In this document: in pieces, positions 60,822 to 64,000 of the stretch | How the letters are laid out: each line of letters starts with the position of its first letter | Numbering within the stretch: the stretch's first letter is position 1 | Assembly: GCA_043228905.1 (NCBI GenBank) | Contig: JBHGNT010000011.1 | Location: 3,348,001-3,412,000 of the forward strand | Direction of reading: 5' to 3' | Source: Azolla caroliniana | Lineage: Eukaryota; Plantae; Polypodiophyta | DNA length: 64,000 nucleotides | Notes under the pieces: generated by a model | Seen by the model: the letters and a program-made list of their open reading frames with translations, nothing else | Database searches by the model: none | What the model was told of the DNA's origin: nothing | Position numbers and translations under genes: made by a program

Positions 60822-63667
60822 TTAATCATTCAGTGACATATAGACATGGGGCCTTGAGAAGCGCTTGATAGCATTCTCAATGTCTTGAAGTTCAAGGTCC
60901 ATGTTAGCTCTTGTTTTGATTTGACTTGGTGTGTCCCACATCAATGGAAGAGCACGCAATTTCTTTTCTAAGAGAGCTTTATCTGTTTTGTAAAAATATA
61001 TTAAAGAACAAACAATTGGGAATGCTTAATAACTTAAAAGTAAGTCAGAAATAATATTAAGATTCGACTTGCAAGGATACTTGCTCGAAGAGTTTTCAGA
61101 ACTTCTTCCTTGTCGTCCTCAGTCATCTCAACATAACCAGGGGGTAATCGATGAGCTTTATCGTTCTGTAACCTGCACAAAATATAACTTCAAGTATATG
61201 GTATTGCATGGTTTTCTTCCAGTAACCATTTTATACAAGCTCATGCGAACCAGACTTGCTTTTCTTTCCCAATGGAGGAAATTGATCCAAAAACGTTAAT
61301 GTCTTAATGTGGCTCATAACCTTACAATTCACTACCTAAGAATTTCAAAGACCTTCATTGTCTTTAAGAGGCAATAATAAAACATGAGATTACAGAAATC
61401 AATTCATTTGTTCAAAATAAGCCGTATGTATTAAACAGTTGCTGCTAGCAGTGAGGATAGGCATCATCCAATATATTAAGTTGCTTTGAAATTTCTGTGC
61501 ACTGTAGAGTGTTCTATACATAGCTCTATCTAAGACATGCACAGCGTCGACAAAAAACGAACATGATTTTGTTTGAGTGATTGCGTTTCTTGAAATGCAA
61601 GAGATTACTAGACCTTTGACCTGTTTGAGTTGCCAGTGATAATATATCCTTGTGTACAAGGATCCTGATTATTGCTAATACTTTGGGCTTGATTTCTTTG
61701 TACTCGAAATGCAAGAGATTACTAGAACTTTGACAAGTTTGAGTTGCCAATGATGATATATCTTTGTGCACAAAGATCCTGATTATTGCTAATACTTTGG
61801 GCTTGATTTCTTTGTACTCGAAATGCAAGAGATTACTAGACCTTTGACAAGTTTGAGTTGCCAGTGGTGATATATCTTTGTGCATAAGGATCCTGATTAT
61901 TGCTAATACTTTGGGCTTGATTTCTTTTTACCTAACAAACACATAGTCAGGCAGTCTATATACCCACTTTCCTTTGATGGCATATGCGACTAGCTCTAAA
62001 CTCCCTCAGCATGCCCAAGGCAAAGAGGTGTAGATCAATAGAGCAAGATGAAAAGAACTAAAATGTTACATTCATAATGAGTGTGTGAGACAGACAAATA
62101 CAGAGCCCAGACAGTTGTAGCTCAATTGGTAAGGTTGTTCTGTGGAGATCAGAAATTCATGTGTTCAAACCTTACATTATGCGTTAGCATCTCGTAGTAA
62201 ACTAGTTCAGATAATGAGATTTGAACCTGGGTGCATGGTTAGTAAAAACAATTGGCTTGCAACTAAGGTATAGTCCTCAGAGAGAGAGAAAGACTTACTT
62301 TTGTTCCACTGCATGAGCAAGCTCAATTTTTCTTTTGATTAGGCTGTAAAGGGAAAATTTAGACATTTAATATCTTCAAAATTTGATTCCAAAGTGTATA
62401 AAAGCAACACTTCCTGAGATTATTATTATTCTTACTATGATGGTATCTTTCCTAAATTCTCCTTGTATTTATCACCACCGGTTTCGGGTTCCTTAGCACG
62501 GCGTGCAGCAGCAGCTGCTTGAGCAACCTCTTTCATATTTTTTGCTACGAAATCAACGGCATGTTCCTTGGGTGGTCTGACAGCATGCTGAGTCTGGAAT
62601 GAATTTGAGATCAGCTTGAAGGAATCGGTTGCATTCTCTATAGGAATAAAGGGAAAAAGAACCCCAAATGAATGTATATAACGTTTCGGATTCCCTTAAG
62701 TGCGATTTTAAGCTCAAGGGACACTATTAAGAGTAAAATAAATAACTTATTATAGGTATACCTCATATTTTGGTTTGACTTGTTTAATTATTGGTTCTGG
62801 TGCACTACTGATAGCAACCTGATTACATCAAATTAGTATTGAGAAAACTTGCAACTACAATAATTATTCCCATTGTCACACATAAATAGGAAGGATGAAT
62901 CTAACTGCTTTCTTTGTCATGTATTCGTTTCTTTTTAGTCTTTGATACAAGACTAATTATTTTCTACCTATTGTAGTATTTATTAAGATGAGGGAGAATC
63001 TAACTACTTGTTTCATGGCGTGATTTAAAGCACTCTTTTTAGAAATTGCAGCTCTGTTGTCCTTGAAATGGTTACGTGGTCTGATCCCTTTTCGGATCAT
63101 TATTTCTCTGCAAAGATTGAAAGTAGATTACCTTCACTAAACGTGTGATTCAATCCAATTAAGCACTCAATACATTTATCTTCCATCATTAACAGACCGC
63201 ATGTCTATCATATTACCATCCATTCTATTCAAAAAGCCATAAAGATCCATTCCAACTTTATAACTCAATTTGTATAAGTTTGAAGTTAATTTAGTGTATT
63301 TATTAACCACATCAGCAGTGTACAATCAGTAATTTCCAAATTCAGAAGGGGTTATCTTCTTATACTCCTGGTTAAACGGTGATAGTCCCCGTGGTTCAAT
63401 TTCCATAAACCACTAGGAAGAAAAGCAAAGAAAAAATTTCCATAAATCTGAAAACTTTAACGAAAAAAAGATCCTCTTAGGCTGCATGTATGAGAGTAAT
63501 AAACTTTTAACTGATATACACTGGAATGCTAATTTCTTCTTTAAACAGATTTACCTGATCCCAGGTGGTGGACATAGCAATTCACAGATTTGAGAGCTGT
63601 CAATGTGGCTTGGTAGAGGACCCCATCTACATTTGAATCTCGGCAACGCTGTTGCTTCATCCGTATT
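60822..63667 (-). CDS. Enkurin-domain (ENKD1/enkurin-like) ciliary protein, multi-exon, 5' end not located
   Basis: Exons 63667-63555, 63107-~63008 (IRKGIRPRNHFKDN), an uncertain short exon near 62818-62762, 62637-62436 (DFVAKN...LGKIPSY), 62343-62299 (LIKRKIE), 61172-61081 (PPGYVEMTEDDKEEVLKTL), 60982-60822 (LPLMWDTPSQIK...IENAIKRFSRPHVY). Confidence 0.85.
61592..61927. repeat. 114-bp tandem repeat x3, intronic
   Basis: GAAATGCAAGAGATTACTAGA starts at 61592, 61706 and 61820. Confidence 0.95.
62110..62275. other. Two degenerate tRNA-derived (SINE-head-like) sequences in convergent orientation
   Basis: Plus copy: A-box TAGCTCAATTGGT at 62118-62130 and B-box-like GTGTTCAAACC at 62161-62171. 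Minus copy: GGTTCAAATCT (plus-strand 62217-62227) with a weak A box. Confidence 0.5.
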
Positions 63668-64000
63668 CTGAAATTTTTTGTACACACAACACAACGGCCT
63701 CAAAACCTTACACATATTGACCATAGTTTTCACATGTAAAATCTGAAAATTTTAGTAATCTGCTTACACCCATGTTACTCTGAGCACCTATATAAAATGC
63801 CCTATAATAGATGTTCCCTCCACTCTGAAATTTACTCCCAATCCTAACATAGTTTTGGAAAGAACGGAAAAAATGGACATTAGAGATACTCAAAATAAGA
63901 GTAACAACAAGGTTTTCTAGCATGGCTATAGTGCTACATGTTCGAGGGGAAAGATAATGTTGGATGCATCAGTTTGCAGTCAAGTCTAAATAAATTGTTG

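Overview
Eukaryotic plant nuclear DNA, probably from a seed-free plant with flagellated sperm such as a fern (inferred from an enkurin-domain ciliary gene, Tcn1/Tf1-like chromoviruses and intron style). About 70% of the window is nested retrotransposons: at least six Ty1/copia copies or fragments, three Ty3/gypsy chromodomain elements, three solo LTRs with target-site duplications (TSDs), and two 5'-truncated LINEs. There is also a MITE and several tandem repeats. Host genes are a DUF3527-family gene (- strand, one in-frame stop), a mitochondrial-type TatB gene (+) and an enkurin/ENKD1-like gene (-, 5' end incomplete). Most interesting signal: several different LTRs carry a degenerate tRNA-like Pol III A-box/B-box module at the U3 edge, always antisense to the element, some with heat-shock-element arrays before the TATA box. 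One carrier also shows a Tf1-type self-priming site, a -1 frameshift signal and junctions suggesting integrase-independent capture at a DNA break. Other signals are LINEs landing in (CT)n tracts of copia LTRs and a telomere-repeat filler at a deletion junction. Everything was read by eye; no database searches were run.
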